From assembly GCA_046046695.1 (NCBI GenBank), contig JBJOJJ010000001.1, positions 65,802-129,801 on the forward strand: 64,000 nucleotides of DNA. The letters run 5' to 3'. Below are positions 20,966 to 30,996 of this stretch, in pieces (positions within the stretch are counted from its first letter, which is position 1; every line of letters begins with the position of its first letter). This DNA comes from Actinomycetota bacterium. GTDB lineage: Bacteria > Actinomycetota > Actinomycetes > Actinomycetales > Microbacteriaceae. The notes below the pieces were generated by a model. That model did not search any database and had not been told where the DNA came from. It saw only the letters and a program-made list of their open reading frames with translations. Made by a program: the position numbers and the translations under genes.

Positions 20966-22048
20966 GTGGATATCAAAGCTCTACCAAAGATCTCACTTCA
21001 CGATCACCTAGACGGTGGGTTGAGACCACAGACCATCATCGAGTTGGCGGCCAAGATTGGTCACCAACTTCCTGCTGACAATGCTCAGGATTTGGGTCGC
21101 TGGTTTGCCGAGTCGGCAAACTCTGGTTCTCTGGTTCGCTACCTCGAGACTTTTGACCACACGGTTGCTGTGATGCAGACCCGCGAGGGGCTAGAGCGAG
21201 TTGCCTATGAGGCGGTTATCGACCTTGCCGAACAGAACGTGATCTACGCCGAGCTGCGCTGGGCTCCGGAGCAGCACCTTTCTAAGGGCTTGACTCTGGA
21301 TGAAACCGTTGAGGCAGTTCAGGATGGCCTAGAGCGTGGCATGGCTGAGGTTGAGGAGCGCGGCGGTTTCATTCGCACCGGTCAGCTGGTTACCGCGATG
21401 CGTCACGCCAACCGCGGCATGGAGATCGCGGAACTAGCAGTGCGCCACCGCAATGCCGGGGTGGTTGGTTTTGACATCGCTGGTGCGGAGAAGGGCTTTT
21501 TGCCAAACCTGCACAAGGAAGCCTTTGACTACCTAGCCGCAGAGCTTTTCCCATGCACCGTTCACGCCGGTGAGGCCGATGGCGTTGAGTCGATTCGCGA
21601 TGCTATCGTCTCCGGTCGTGCGCTTCGACTGGGCCACGGAGTGCGGCTGGTTGAGGACATCATGTTCTCTAGAACCGAGGGTGACACGGACTTGGTGGTG
21701 CTTGGACCGGTTGCGCAGTGGGTGCACGATCGCGGAATTGCGCTGGAAACTTCACCATCTTCAAACCTGCAAACTGGGGCTTTTGAGATGCTTGGTGACA
21801 CCATGGCGGACCACCCATTCGACATTCTTTACGAGCTGGGCTTCAAGGTCACGGTGAACACCGATAACCGCCTGATGAGTGCTACCAACCTCACCAAGGA
21901 GCTTGAGATTTTGGTCGACACCTTCGGCTATTCGCTTGAGGATCTCGAGCAGTTCCAGCTCAATGCCGCCGAGGCTGCCTTCCAAGGACTTCCAGAGCGC
22001 GAAGAGTTGATGGACATGATTGAGATGGGTTTCGCAAAGGCGCGCTAG
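20966..22048 (+). CDS. add: Adenosine deaminase
   Basis: LHDHLDG, HAGE, RLGHG, NTDN; GTG start at 20966 after AGGA. Confidence 0.95.
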   Translation: MDIKALPKISLHDHLDGGLRPQTIIELAAKIGHQLPADNAQDLGRWFAESANSGSLVRYLETFDHTVAVMQTREGLERVAYEAVIDLAEQNVIYAELRWAPEQHLSKGLTLDETVEAVQDGLERGMAEVEERGGFIRTGQLVTAMRHANRGMEIAELAVRHRNAGVVGFDIAGAEKGFLPNLHKEAFDYLAAELFPCTVHAGEADGVESIRDAIVSGRALRLGHGVRLVEDIMFSRTEGDTDLVVLGPVAQWVHDRGIALETSPSSNLQTGAFEMLGDTMADHPFDILYELGFKVTVNTDNRLMSATNLTKELEILVDTFGYSLEDLEQFQLNAAEAAFQGLPEREELMDMIEMGFAKAR

Positions 22049-22485
22049 TGCTAGCCCAAGCCTTTGGCCCAAATTCGATTTCTCACCGGTCTGAAACCGC
22101 GGACTGGGAGCAGGCCATCAGCGCTGCCGTTGCCCTTTTGGAAGCTGACCAGAGAGTCACTTCCACCTATATCCATAGGGTTTTGGAGGCTAATCAAAAA
22201 CACGGCCCCTACTTTGTGGTCGCTCCCGGAATCGCCATCGCACACGCTTCCCCGGCCGAAGACGTGCTGCAAACCGGCATGGCACTTTTGCGACTAGAGA
22301 CACCGGTTATTTCAGGATCCAATAATGATCCGGTGAAGTTGCTGTTTGCTTTTTGCGCGACTGATGGCACCAGTCACATTGAATTGCTATCGCGATTCGC
22401 CGAGGTTATGAGCAGCCCCGCAAATGTGAATTCCCTGAAAACCGAAGCCGATCTCGCGATTGTTCGCAATTTATTGACGGCGTAG
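22048..22485 (+). CDS. PTS EIIA component (fructose/mannitol/UlaC type)
   Basis: PYFVVAPGIAIAHA phospho-His motif; NDPV. Confidence 0.88.
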   Translation: MLAQAFGPNSISHRSETADWEQAISAAVALLEADQRVTSTYIHRVLEANQKHGPYFVVAPGIAIAHASPAEDVLQTGMALLRLETPVISGSNNDPVKLLFAFCATDGTSHIELLSRFAEVMSSPANVNSLKTEADLAIVRNLLTA

Positions 22486-22501
22486 TTGGTTAGATAGTTT
22501 T

Positions 22502-22774
22502 GTGAAGATTTATGCTGTTTGCGGTGCTGGAATTGGCACCTCTGTGCTCCTAAAGTCCAATGCCGATCGTGCTCTGGCGAGCCTCGGTATTGAGGCAGAC
22601 GTTCAGGCAGCCTCAATCGCTGACGCCTTGGCTTCTGATTCTCTGGCTCAGGTGGTCTTGATTACCCCGGAACTCCAGGAGCAGATCAAGGGCATTCGCT
22701 CCGAGGTAATTCCGATCGACAACATCTTCAATCTCGAAGAGCTAACCCAGAAACTCTCAGCCGCTCTCAGCTAG
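22502..22774 (+). CDS. PTS EIIB component (UlaB/galactitol-lactose type)
   Basis: VCGAGIGTS phospho-Cys loop. Confidence 0.88.
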   Translation: MKIYAVCGAGIGTSVLLKSNADRALASLGIEADVQAASIADALASDSLAQVVLITPELQEQIKGIRSEVIPIDNIFNLEELTQKLSAALS

Positions 22775-22783
22775 TGTTTTGCC

Positions 22784-23437
22784 ATGGCAAACCCTGGCGG
22801 AACAGAGCGCACCAAGCTCAATCGAATCTCCTATAAGGCATCTCACGAGGTGAGTGACCTTTACTCAATCCTGGATAACAACCTGGTGGCTCACGTTGCT
22901 GTGGTTCAAGATGGCAAGCCGCTGGTCATTCCGATGGCCTATGGCCGACTGGACGACATCATCTACCTGCACGGATCCTCCGGGTCTAGGTTGATGCGGT
23001 TATTAGAAAACGAACCGGACATTTGCGTATCTATTACCGAACTGAAGGCCCTGAAGGTCGCCCGCTCCACCTTTAACTCCGGCATGCACTATCGCTCGGT
23101 GGTCATCTTCGGCAAGGCGTCTTTGGTTGGCGATGACAAAAAAGACCAAGCCCTAAACGCGCTTAGCGATGCCATGATTCCGGGTCGCGTGAAGGAAGTG
23201 CGTGCCAGCACCAAGAAGGAATTGGCCGCCACAATCATCGTTTCATTGCCGCTGGATGAGTGTTCAGTAAAGATCTCAGTCAATGAGGTCGACGACGATG
23301 AGCAAGACCTAAACCAGGGCACCTGGGCCGGTGTCGTGCCATTTATCACCACAATTGGTGAGCCGATTCCAGCCGATGAAGAGGCCGCTGGGTTAGCGGT
23401 TCCTGCTTCGGTGCGAAACCTTACTAAGAACTCTTAA
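22784..23437 (+). CDS. Pyridoxamine 5'-phosphate oxidase-like / NimA family flavin-binding protein
   Basis: IYLHGSSGSR, ARSTFNSGMHYRSVVIFG, WAGVVP. Confidence 0.85.
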   Translation: MANPGGTERTKLNRISYKASHEVSDLYSILDNNLVAHVAVVQDGKPLVIPMAYGRLDDIIYLHGSSGSRLMRLLENEPDICVSITELKALKVARSTFNSGMHYRSVVIFGKASLVGDDKKDQALNALSDAMIPGRVKEVRASTKKELAATIIVSLPLDECSVKISVNEVDDDEQDLNQGTWAGVVPFITTIGEPIPADEEAAGLAVPASVRNLTKNS

Positions 23438-25052
23438 GTAGGTCCTGGGCCCAGCTTCTCAGGCTGGCTAGTTTCTGCTGCGAATCTGCCTCTGATTCGG
23501 CCGTAACCTGAAGATAGCACTTGAGTTTTGGCTCGGTTCCAGAAGGCCTAATGATGACTCGGTAGGAATCGGTGGTCAGAATCACACCTTCAGTGGCGGG
23601 AAGATTCTTGCCCAATTCGAGATTTTCAAACTCGCAGCGCTCGCCCAGAATCTGGGATGGCGGGTTGCTCTTCACCTCGGACATAATCTTGCCGATTATT
23701 GAAAGGTCGGTAACTCTAATTGATACCTGACCGGTTGCCAGATGGCCGTAGCGCTTAGCCAAGCCCCGAAGTAAGTCAATCAGGTCCATGCCCTCGGCCT
23801 TGAGGGTTGAGGCAAGCTCCGCAACTGCCAGAGCGGCCGAAATGCCATCCTTATCCGGTGTGGCTGTCGGGTCGATGCAGTAGCCCAGCGCCTCTTCATA
23901 GCAATAGCTCAGGTCCGGGACTTTTGAGATCCACTTGAAGCCGGTGAGGGTCTGCTGATATTTCAGGCCGTGAAAGGCTGCGACCTTGGCAAGACTTGCT
24001 GAAACAATTGAGTTTGCCAAGGTGCCGCTTTGGCGACCGGAGGCGATCATTTCCGCCAGCAGTAAGCCAACCTGATCGCCGGTGAGCATTTGGTACTCAT
24101 TGCCTTTTCGAACTCCGACTGCCAATCGATCGGCATCTGGGTCGTTGGCGATAATCAGATCAGAGTGGTTGGTTTTGGCGTGCTCGAGGCTGAGGTCCAT
24201 TGCCCCAGGCTCTTCCGGATTCGGGAAGGAAACGGTGGGGAATTGCCCGTCCGGCTCCTGCTGCCTGGCAACAGAGCTGAAGACAAAACCGGTTTTGTCA
24301 AAGACTGCCTTCATCACTCGATAGCCAACGCCGTGCATGGCGGTGTAGGTAATCTTCAGGTTCTTGCGACCCGTCGCATCGCTACCAACCAAAGAAGCCG
24401 CTCTTTGAACATAGGCATCAATATCGGCTTGACCCAAAACCTCGATGTTGTTGGACTTGGGAATCTCATCGAACTTGATCTCGGCGGCGATCTCGTCAAT
24501 CAGTGATGCGATTTGCTTGTCTTGTGGGGCAATCAGCTGCGAGCAGCCATTTTTGCCACCTAGGTAAACCTTGTAGCCATTGTCACGCGGCGGGTTGTGG
24601 CTTGCGGTGACAATTACGGTGGCGCTGGAGAGGAATCGCTTGCCCGTGAAGGCCGCCACGGGTGTCGGCACCGCGGAATCAAAAAGCCGAGTCCTGATGC
24701 CGGCTGCGGCAAAGATCTCTGCTGAGTCTTGCGCGAAAATGTCGGAATTCACTCTGCCGTCATAGCCAACCACCACGGACAGCTCGCCGTCTTTGTCCAG
24801 GTATTCGGCCTTGTTGGCATTCAGGAACCTTGCGATCGCGAGTGCTGCCTGGGCGACCACAATGCGGTTCATGCGATTCGGACCCGCACCTAGCTCGCCG
24901 CGAAGTCCGGCGGTGCCGAACTGGAGTCGGGTCTCAAAGCGAGAGCGAAGACCCTGTTGATCCTGGGCGTCAATCAGCTGCTCAAGTTCTAGCCGAGTTA
25001 GTGGATCTGGGTCTTGATTCAGCCAGTTTTTAGCACTTGCGATTAGGTCCAT
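23424..25052 (-). CDS. Phospho-sugar mutase (alpha-D-phosphohexomutase family; probable phosphopentomutase role)
   Basis: FGTAGLRG, TASHNP, DPDADR, RPSGTEPKLK; co-transcribed with punA. Confidence 0.92.
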   Translation of the reverse strand: MDLIASAKNWLNQDPDPLTRLELEQLIDAQDQQGLRSRFETRLQFGTAGLRGELGAGPNRMNRIVVAQAALAIARFLNANKAEYLDKDGELSVVVGYDGRVNSDIFAQDSAEIFAAAGIRTRLFDSAVPTPVAAFTGKRFLSSATVIVTASHNPPRDNGYKVYLGGKNGCSQLIAPQDKQIASLIDEIAAEIKFDEIPKSNNIEVLGQADIDAYVQRAASLVGSDATGRKNLKITYTAMHGVGYRVMKAVFDKTGFVFSSVARQQEPDGQFPTVSFPNPEEPGAMDLSLEHAKTNHSDLIIANDPDADRLAVGVRKGNEYQMLTGDQVGLLLAEMIASGRQSGTLANSIVSASLAKVAAFHGLKYQQTLTGFKWISKVPDLSYCYEEALGYCIDPTATPDKDGISAALAVAELASTLKAEGMDLIDLLRGLAKRYGHLATGQVSIRVTDLSIIGKIMSEVKSNPPSQILGERCEFENLELGKNLPATEGVILTTDSYRVIIRPSGTEPKLKCYLQVTAESEADSQQKLASLRSWAQDLLKSS

Positions 25053-25874
25053 TTAGAGCTTGGCCACAATCTCTGCCAGTAGCTTGCTGATCCTTGCCTC
25101 GGCATTGCGACCAGCTTCCAAGACTTCTGCGTGGGAGAGCGGGGTGGTCTGGATGCCAGCGGCCAGGTTGGTAATCAGCGACATTCCCAGGATTTCCATA
25201 CCGGCTTGACGGGCTGCGATTGCCTCTAGAGCGGTAGACATTCCAACGATGTGTCCGCCCATGATCTTTGCCATTTGAACCTCGGCCGGAGTCTCGTAGT
25301 GCGGTCCGCGGAACTGCACGTAAACGCCTTCGTCCAGGTTTGGATCAACTTCCCTGGCAAGGTCGCGTAGTCGCTTCGAGTAAAGGTCGGTTAGATCAAT
25401 AAAGGTTGCGCCCTCCAGTGGGCTGGAGGCGGTGAGGTTGATGTGATCGGAGATTAGCACCGCAGCTCCACCTGCCCACTCAGGCTTGATGCCGCCGGCA
25501 CCGTTGGTGAGAATCATGGTCTTCGCACCGGTTGCCGCCGCGGTCCTTACCGAGTGAACCACAGAGCGAACCCCGTGGTTCTCATAGAAGTGAGTACGAG
25601 CGCCAATAACCAGAGCGTGCTTACCATTCGGAAGGCGAATCGAGCGAATGGTGCCAACGTGCCCAACCACCGCAGGCTTGGAGAAACCAATGATTTCATT
25701 ACCGGGAATCTCGCTTACGGTCTCACCAATCAGATCGGCGGCCTTGGCCCAGCCGGATCCCAGCGTTAGTGCGATGTCGTGGTGTGCGATTCCAGAGATT
25801 TTTGCGATTTGCTCGGCAGCCTGTTTGGCGATTTCAAAAGGGTTAGCACCCTCAGCGTTGAGTGGATTGACCAT
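25053..25874 (-). CDS. punA: Purine-nucleoside phosphorylase (trimeric type)
   Basis: LGSGW, RTHFYE, GPHYETPAE, VGMST, TNLAAG. Confidence 0.95.
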   Translation of the reverse strand: MVNPLNAEGANPFEIAKQAAEQIAKISGIAHHDIALTLGSGWAKAADLIGETVSEIPGNEIIGFSKPAVVGHVGTIRSIRLPNGKHALVIGARTHFYENHGVRSVVHSVRTAAATGAKTMILTNGAGGIKPEWAGGAAVLISDHINLTASSPLEGATFIDLTDLYSKRLRDLAREVDPNLDEGVYVQFRGPHYETPAEVQMAKIMGGHIVGMSTALEAIAARQAGMEILGMSLITNLAAGIQTTPLSHAEVLEAGRNAEARISKLLAEIVAKL

Positions 25875-25927
25875 AAAAATCAGTCTAACTAACCCCGTAA
25901 CTCAGATTGGTAGGCCAGAATGAACCC

Positions 25928-27349
25928 GTGACAATTTCATCGTCGAATCAACATCGCATCGTAATCATTGGTGGTGGCCCAGGTGGCTACGAGGCAGCCA
26001 GAGCTGGTCGCCAGCTAGGCGCCGAGGTAATCCTCATCGAGGACAATGGCATCGGCGGTAACGCTGTGCTAACCGATGTGGTGCCATCCAAGACTCTGAT
26101 CGCCACCGCAGAAGCTGCTCAGCGGGTGGCTCAGGCCCAGAGCCTAGGTGTGACTTTCTCCATCGACAATGTTTCGGTTCAGCCTAAGGTCGAAATCGAT
26201 CTCGAAGCGGTAAACAAGCGACTGCTCGCCCTAGCCAAGAGCCAGTCCGAAGACATGCTGGAAACCCTGAAGCACGAAGGTGTTCGAGTTGTTTCTGGCC
26301 GTGGTCGCCTTGATGGCAACCACCACGTAATTGTTGAGCCAACCTTAGGTGGCGAGCCAGAGCGCATCGAGGCAAAGACCATCATCGTTGCCGTTGGTGC
26401 TCACCCGAGAGAGGTGCCTGGCTCCAAGCCAGATGGCGATCGTATCTTCACCTGGAAGCAGCTTTACAACCTAAAGACCCTGCCTGAGCACATGATTGTG
26501 GTTGGCTCCGGCGTTACCGGTGCTGAGTTTGCCAGCGCTTACCTTCAGCTCGGTAGCAAGGTGACCTTGATCTCAAGCCGTGACAAAGTCTTGCCTGGTA
26601 ACGATGCTGATGCTGCGGATTTGATCGAGGAAGTCTTCCGTCGCGGTGGAATGCAGATTTTGAACAAATCCCGTGCGGTGGAGGTTGTGAACACCGGAAG
26701 TGGTGTGCGGGTGACCTTAGAGAGCGGTCAGGTCGTTGAGGGCAGTCACTGTCTGATGGCGGTTGGTGCGATTCCAAACACCGACGGACTTGGGCTTGAG
26801 GAGGCTGGCGTAAAACTGACCGAGTCTGGTCATGTGATTGCCAATAAGGTCGCAAGAACTTCCAGGGCAAACGTGTATGCGGTCGGAGACTGCTCGACCG
26901 CTATGCCGCTCGCCTCGGTGAGCGCCATGCAGGGTCGCACCGCGGTTTACCACACCATGGGAGATGTGGCGGCTCCGACCAGAATGCGCAATGTGGCGGC
27001 CAACGTCTTCACGTCCCCTGAGATTGCTTCGGTGGGTTGGTCACAGGCCGAGATCGAGCAGGGCTTGGTGCGCGGCGAGATTCAGAAGGTCATGCTGGAC
27101 ACCAACCCGAGAGCAAAGATGTCTGGGATTCGCGAGGGTTTTATCAAGCTCTTTGCCTCGATCGGCTCCGGCACCGTTATCGGTGGCGTGGTAGTCGCAC
27201 CTCGTGCTTCTGACTTGATCTACCCGATTGCGGTCGCGATTGAGAATCGCCTCACGGTTGATGAATTGGCTAGGACCTACACGGTCTACCCATCGCTGTC
27301 TGGTTCAATCGCCGAGGCTGCCTCGGCGCTGCACCAGCCAATCGACTAG
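25928..27349 (+). CDS. lpdA: NAD(P)H-quinone reductase, actinobacterial LpdA type
   Basis: GGGPGG and GSGVTGAE dinucleotide folds; lacks the CxxxxC disulfide (LTDVVPSK) and the His-Glu pair (YPSLSGS); sits next to punA and the carboxylase alpha gene. Confidence 0.88.
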   Translation: MTISSSNQHRIVIIGGGPGGYEAARAGRQLGAEVILIEDNGIGGNAVLTDVVPSKTLIATAEAAQRVAQAQSLGVTFSIDNVSVQPKVEIDLEAVNKRLLALAKSQSEDMLETLKHEGVRVVSGRGRLDGNHHVIVEPTLGGEPERIEAKTIIVAVGAHPREVPGSKPDGDRIFTWKQLYNLKTLPEHMIVVGSGVTGAEFASAYLQLGSKVTLISSRDKVLPGNDADAADLIEEVFRRGGMQILNKSRAVEVVNTGSGVRVTLESGQVVEGSHCLMAVGAIPNTDGLGLEEAGVKLTESGHVIANKVARTSRANVYAVGDCSTAMPLASVSAMQGRTAVYHTMGDVAAPTRMRNVAANVFTSPEIASVGWSQAEIEQGLVRGEIQKVMLDTNPRAKMSGIREGFIKLFASIGSGTVIGGVVVAPRASDLIYPIAVAIENRLTVDELARTYTVYPSLSGSIAEAASALHQPID

Positions 27350-29118
27350 TCGGTTATATCCAGAATTCTGGTTCCAGCGGAGATCGTGGTTCCCACGGTG
27401 ACGCCAATAGAACCGATGACTCCCGAGCGGTGAGCGGTGAGCGGTTGCTCCATCTTCATGGCCTCCAAAACCACAACCAAGTCACCTGCTTCAACTCGGT
27501 CGCCCTCATTGACCGCAAGCTTCACCACGGTTGACTGCATTGGGGCCAGCAGGCTATTGCCCTTGGCGCCGGTGTGAGATGCGCTACCGGAGCTCTTGGC
27601 ACGCTTCGGTGCGTGACCGGCAGCTGAACCAATCTCTCCAACTAAAAGACGCTTTGGAACACTAACCTCAAGGCGCTTGCCGGCGACCTCAACCACAATC
27701 TCGTGGCGAGCCTCAGCCTCAGGTAGTTCTTCTGCCTGTCCAGACCAAGGTTCGATGGTGTTGTCCCACTCGGTTTCGATCCAGCGGGTGTAGACGCCAA
27801 ACTTCCCGCCTTCTGCGGTGAAAGCCGGATCATTCACAATTGCTCGGTGGAAAGGCAGAACGGTCGGTAAGCCGTGAACCTGCATTTCTTCCAGTGCTCT
27901 TCTGGAGCGCTGCAGGGCTTCGGCGCGGGTTGCTCCGGTGACAATCAACTTGGCAACCATCGAGTCGAAGTTGCCAGAGACCACATCTCCCGAAACCACA
28001 CCGGCGTCAACTCGAACTCCAGGTCCGCTTGGAGCAATGAACTGGTGAATTGCGCCAGGGGCTGGCAGGAAGCCACGACCAGGGTCTTCGCCATTGATGC
28101 GGAACTCAAAGCTGTGACCAGAAACCTCAGGGTCTGGATAGTCCAGCACGCCACCTTCGGCGATGCGGAACTGTTCGCGAACTAGATCTAAGCCAGTGAC
28201 CTCTTCGGAGACCGGGTGCTCCACCTGTAGGCGAGTGTTTACCTCCAGGAAGGAGATGGTGCCATCTTGGGCAACTAGGAATTCACAGGTACCAGCACCC
28301 TCATAGCCAACTGCCTTGAGGATGGCCTTAGAAGATTCATACAACCTGGCTTCTTGCTCGGCACTCAAAAATGGTGCTGGTGCTTCTTCAACCAACTTCT
28401 GGTGGCGGCGCTGCAGCGAGCAGTCACGGGTTGAGACCACAACCACATTGCCGTGCTGGTCAGCTAGGCACTGAGTTTCGACGTGACGAGGCTTGTCCAG
28501 GTACTTCTCGATAAAGCACTCACCGCGACCGAAGGCGGCAATCGCCTCACGGGTGGCAGACTCAAAAAGCTCTTGAATTTCGGCAGCGTCACGAACGATC
28601 TTGATGCCGCGACCACCACCACCGTAGGCAGCCTTGATGGCTACAGGTAGTCCGTGAACCGCTACAAAGTCTTCGACTTCCTTGACGGTCTCAACCGGGT
28701 TGATAGTTCCAGGAGCTAGCGGAGCACCAACCGACTCGGCAACTTTTCTTGCCGAAACCTTGTCTCCAAGCTGCTCGATCGAAGCCGGCTTCGGTCCGAT
28801 CCAAATCAGACCGGCATCAATCACTGCCTGCGCAAACGAGGCATTCTCAGATAAAAAGCCGTAGCCAGGGTGAACGGCATTGGCTCCCGAGCGCTTGGCA
28901 ATCGCAATTAGCTTGTCGGAAACCAAATAGGTCTCAGCAGCAGTTTCGCCGTTTAGGGCGTAGGCCTCATCGGCCAGCTTTACGTGTTGAGCGTGACGGT
29001 CGCCATCGGCATAAACCGCAACGGTAAGGATTCCAGCGTCTTTGGCTGCTCGAATGATTCGAACCGCAATCTCGCCTCGATTGGCAATAAGCAACTTAGT
29101 AATTCGGCGCTGGGTCAT
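27346..29118 (-). CDS. bccA: Acetyl/propionyl-CoA carboxylase alpha subunit (biotin carboxylase + BCCP)
   Basis: [44 protein letters not shown] biotinylation site. Confidence 0.96.
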   Translation of the reverse strand: MTQRRITKLLIANRGEIAVRIIRAAKDAGILTVAVYADGDRHAQHVKLADEAYALNGETAAETYLVSDKLIAIAKRSGANAVHPGYGFLSENASFAQAVIDAGLIWIGPKPASIEQLGDKVSARKVAESVGAPLAPGTINPVETVKEVEDFVAVHGLPVAIKAAYGGGGRGIKIVRDAAEIQELFESATREAIAAFGRGECFIEKYLDKPRHVETQCLADQHGNVVVVSTRDCSLQRRHQKLVEEAPAPFLSAEQEARLYESSKAILKAVGYEGAGTCEFLVAQDGTISFLEVNTRLQVEHPVSEEVTGLDLVREQFRIAEGGVLDYPDPEVSGHSFEFRINGEDPGRGFLPAPGAIHQFIAPSGPGVRVDAGVVSGDVVSGNFDSMVAKLIVTGATRAEALQRSRRALEEMQVHGLPTVLPFHRAIVNDPAFTAEGGKFGVYTRWIETEWDNTIEPWSGQAEELPEAEARHEIVVEVAGKRLEVSVPKRLLVGEIGSAAGHAPKRAKSSGSASHTGAKGNSLLAPMQSTVVKLAVNEGDRVEAGDLVVVLEAMKMEQPLTAHRSGVIGSIGVTVGTTISAGTRILDITD

Positions 29119-29192
29119 AATCCAAAAGCTTATTGCCCTCTAGGGCTGGAAATTTATAAGCAAACGACAAAAAACTCGCTGTTTCGTTGCGG

Positions 29193-29783
29193 TTATCTCC
29201 ATAGCGATTGGTAGTCGTGACCCAGTTCGGTCATCAACTCCCTTAGCGCAACCAGTGAAAGCCCGACCACGGTGTGATAGTCACCCTCAATGCGCTCCAC
29301 AAAAGCTCCACCAATGCCATCAATTGTGAAGGCGCCGGCCACCTGCAGCGGTTCTCCGGTGGCAACGTACTTGTGAATTTGCTCGTCGCTGAGGTTGGCA
29401 AAAGTTACTGAAGTCTGAGTGACCTTGCCAGAGGCTTGGCCAGTGCTTCCATCGATCAGCCAGTGACCCGAGCAAAGCACTCCGGTTTCACCGCGCATCT
29501 TTTGCCACCTGGCAATTGCGACCTCTGGGTGGTGCGGTTTTCCAAGCATTTCGCCATCAAATAGCAATGCGGAATCGCAGCCCAAAACCAGGCCATCAAA
29601 AGCCACGGCTTCGGCTTTTGCCCTCGCTAACAGCAGAGTCATCTCCTGGATGGTGGAGGGTTTTTGCTCAGCGACCAAAGCGTCTTCGTCAACGCCAGGC
29701 GAGCGGGTTTCAAAAGCGATTCCAGCGTCGGTTAGCAAACGCTTTCTAGCGGGCGATGTCGAGGCAAGCAGCAATTTGGTCAC
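29193..29783 (-). CDS. maf: Maf family nucleotide pyrophosphatase
   Basis: LLASTSPAR, GCDS, GKP, AGAF, VVGL. Confidence 0.92.
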   Translation of the reverse strand: MTKLLLASTSPARKRLLTDAGIAFETRSPGVDEDALVAEQKPSTIQEMTLLLARAKAEAVAFDGLVLGCDSALLFDGEMLGKPHHPEVAIARWQKMRGETGVLCSGHWLIDGSTGQASGKVTQTSVTFANLSDEQIHKYVATGEPLQVAGAFTIDGIGGAFVERIEGDYHTVVGLSLVALRELMTELGHDYQSLWR

Positions 29784-29809
29784 GGAAGACAGGTTAGCTG
29801 TGGAACACT

Positions 29810-30985
29810 GTGGGAGTGAATCTTCGAGTCAAAATTGAAAAAGTTGCCCACGGTGGAGTTTTTGTAGCTCGCCACGAGGGTCGAGTCATCTTCGTTTCCG
29901 GTGCCATCGATGGTGAGGTCGTCGATGTTGAAATCACCGAAGACGCCGGCAAGTTTCTCAGGGCAACCGTCACAAACGTGGTCGAGCCTTCTGAGCACCG
30001 CCAACCTCACTTTTGGAAGGCTGCCCGCGAAGGTGCTGGTGGAGCGGAATTTGGCCACATCAACCTCGCTCACCAGCGTGAGTTGAAAGCCCAGGTGTTG
30101 GAGGAAGCGCTACAGCGCATGGCTGGCATCGATTTCAAAACCGCTGTGGCGGCTTGCCCGCAAGAAACCGATGGCCTGCACTATCGCACCAGAGTTCAGC
30201 TAAACGTGGATGCTTCCGGCACTGCCGGACCGATGCGACCTCGAAGCAATGAGGCAGTCTTCAGCCCGACCCTGCCTTTGGCGGTCACCGAGATCGAAGA
30301 GCTAGGGCTGCAGCTAAAGAACTGGAATGGCGTGAAGAAGATCTCTATCGCCGCCAGCTCAACCGGGGATCTGCAGTGGATGGTCGATGGAAAGCTAAAC
30401 GGCTCTGAGCGCTTGGTTGAAAGAGCTGCCGGCCGCACCTTCAGATTGAGTTCCGGGGCTTTTTGGCAGGTCCACAAAGACGCCGCCAATCTGCTAACCA
30501 AGGCGGTTTTCGAAGCCGCTGAAGAGTTGGAATTTGATGCCAACAAGCCAGCCCTCGATCTTTACGCCGGAGCGGGATTGTTTGCGGCAACCATGGCTGC
30601 CAAGTACAGCGCTACCGCTTTCACGGCAGTTGAGAACAACAAGCAGGCAGTTGCCGATGGTTCAAAGTCCGCTATCGATCTCTCGAACCTGAAGTTTGAA
30701 AAGTCAGATGTGCTGCAGTACTTGCGCGCGGCAAGCGCCAAACCCGGCAGTTTCGACACCGTGGTGCTCGACCCTCCTCGCTCGGGAGCAGCCGGCAAAG
30801 TCATCGAGCAGCTAATCAAGCTGCGCCCGAGAAATATCGTTTATGTGGCATGCGACCCAGTGGCCTTGGCACGAGATCTAGGTTCGCTAACCAAAGCGGG
30901 TTACCAACTTAGGGGACTTAATGCTTTCGATATCTTCCCGCACACACATCACTTTGAGGCCGTTGCCGCACTAACTCTTGGCTAG
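29810..30985 (+). CDS. TRAM-domain class I SAM-dependent RNA m5U methyltransferase (RlmD/TrmA family)
   Basis: N-terminal TRAM domain; FWQ, LDLYAGAG, LDPPRSG, YVACDP, DIFPHTHHFE. Confidence 0.92.
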   Translation: MGVNLRVKIEKVAHGGVFVARHEGRVIFVSGAIDGEVVDVEITEDAGKFLRATVTNVVEPSEHRQPHFWKAAREGAGGAEFGHINLAHQRELKAQVLEEALQRMAGIDFKTAVAACPQETDGLHYRTRVQLNVDASGTAGPMRPRSNEAVFSPTLPLAVTEIEELGLQLKNWNGVKKISIAASSTGDLQWMVDGKLNGSERLVERAAGRTFRLSSGAFWQVHKDAANLLTKAVFEAAEELEFDANKPALDLYAGAGLFAATMAAKYSATAFTAVENNKQAVADGSKSAIDLSNLKFEKSDVLQYLRAASAKPGSFDTVVLDPPRSGAAGKVIEQLIKLRPRNIVYVACDPVALARDLGSLTKAGYQLRGLNAFDIFPHTHHFEAVAALTLG

Positions 30986-30996
30986 CCTAGAGCGGT

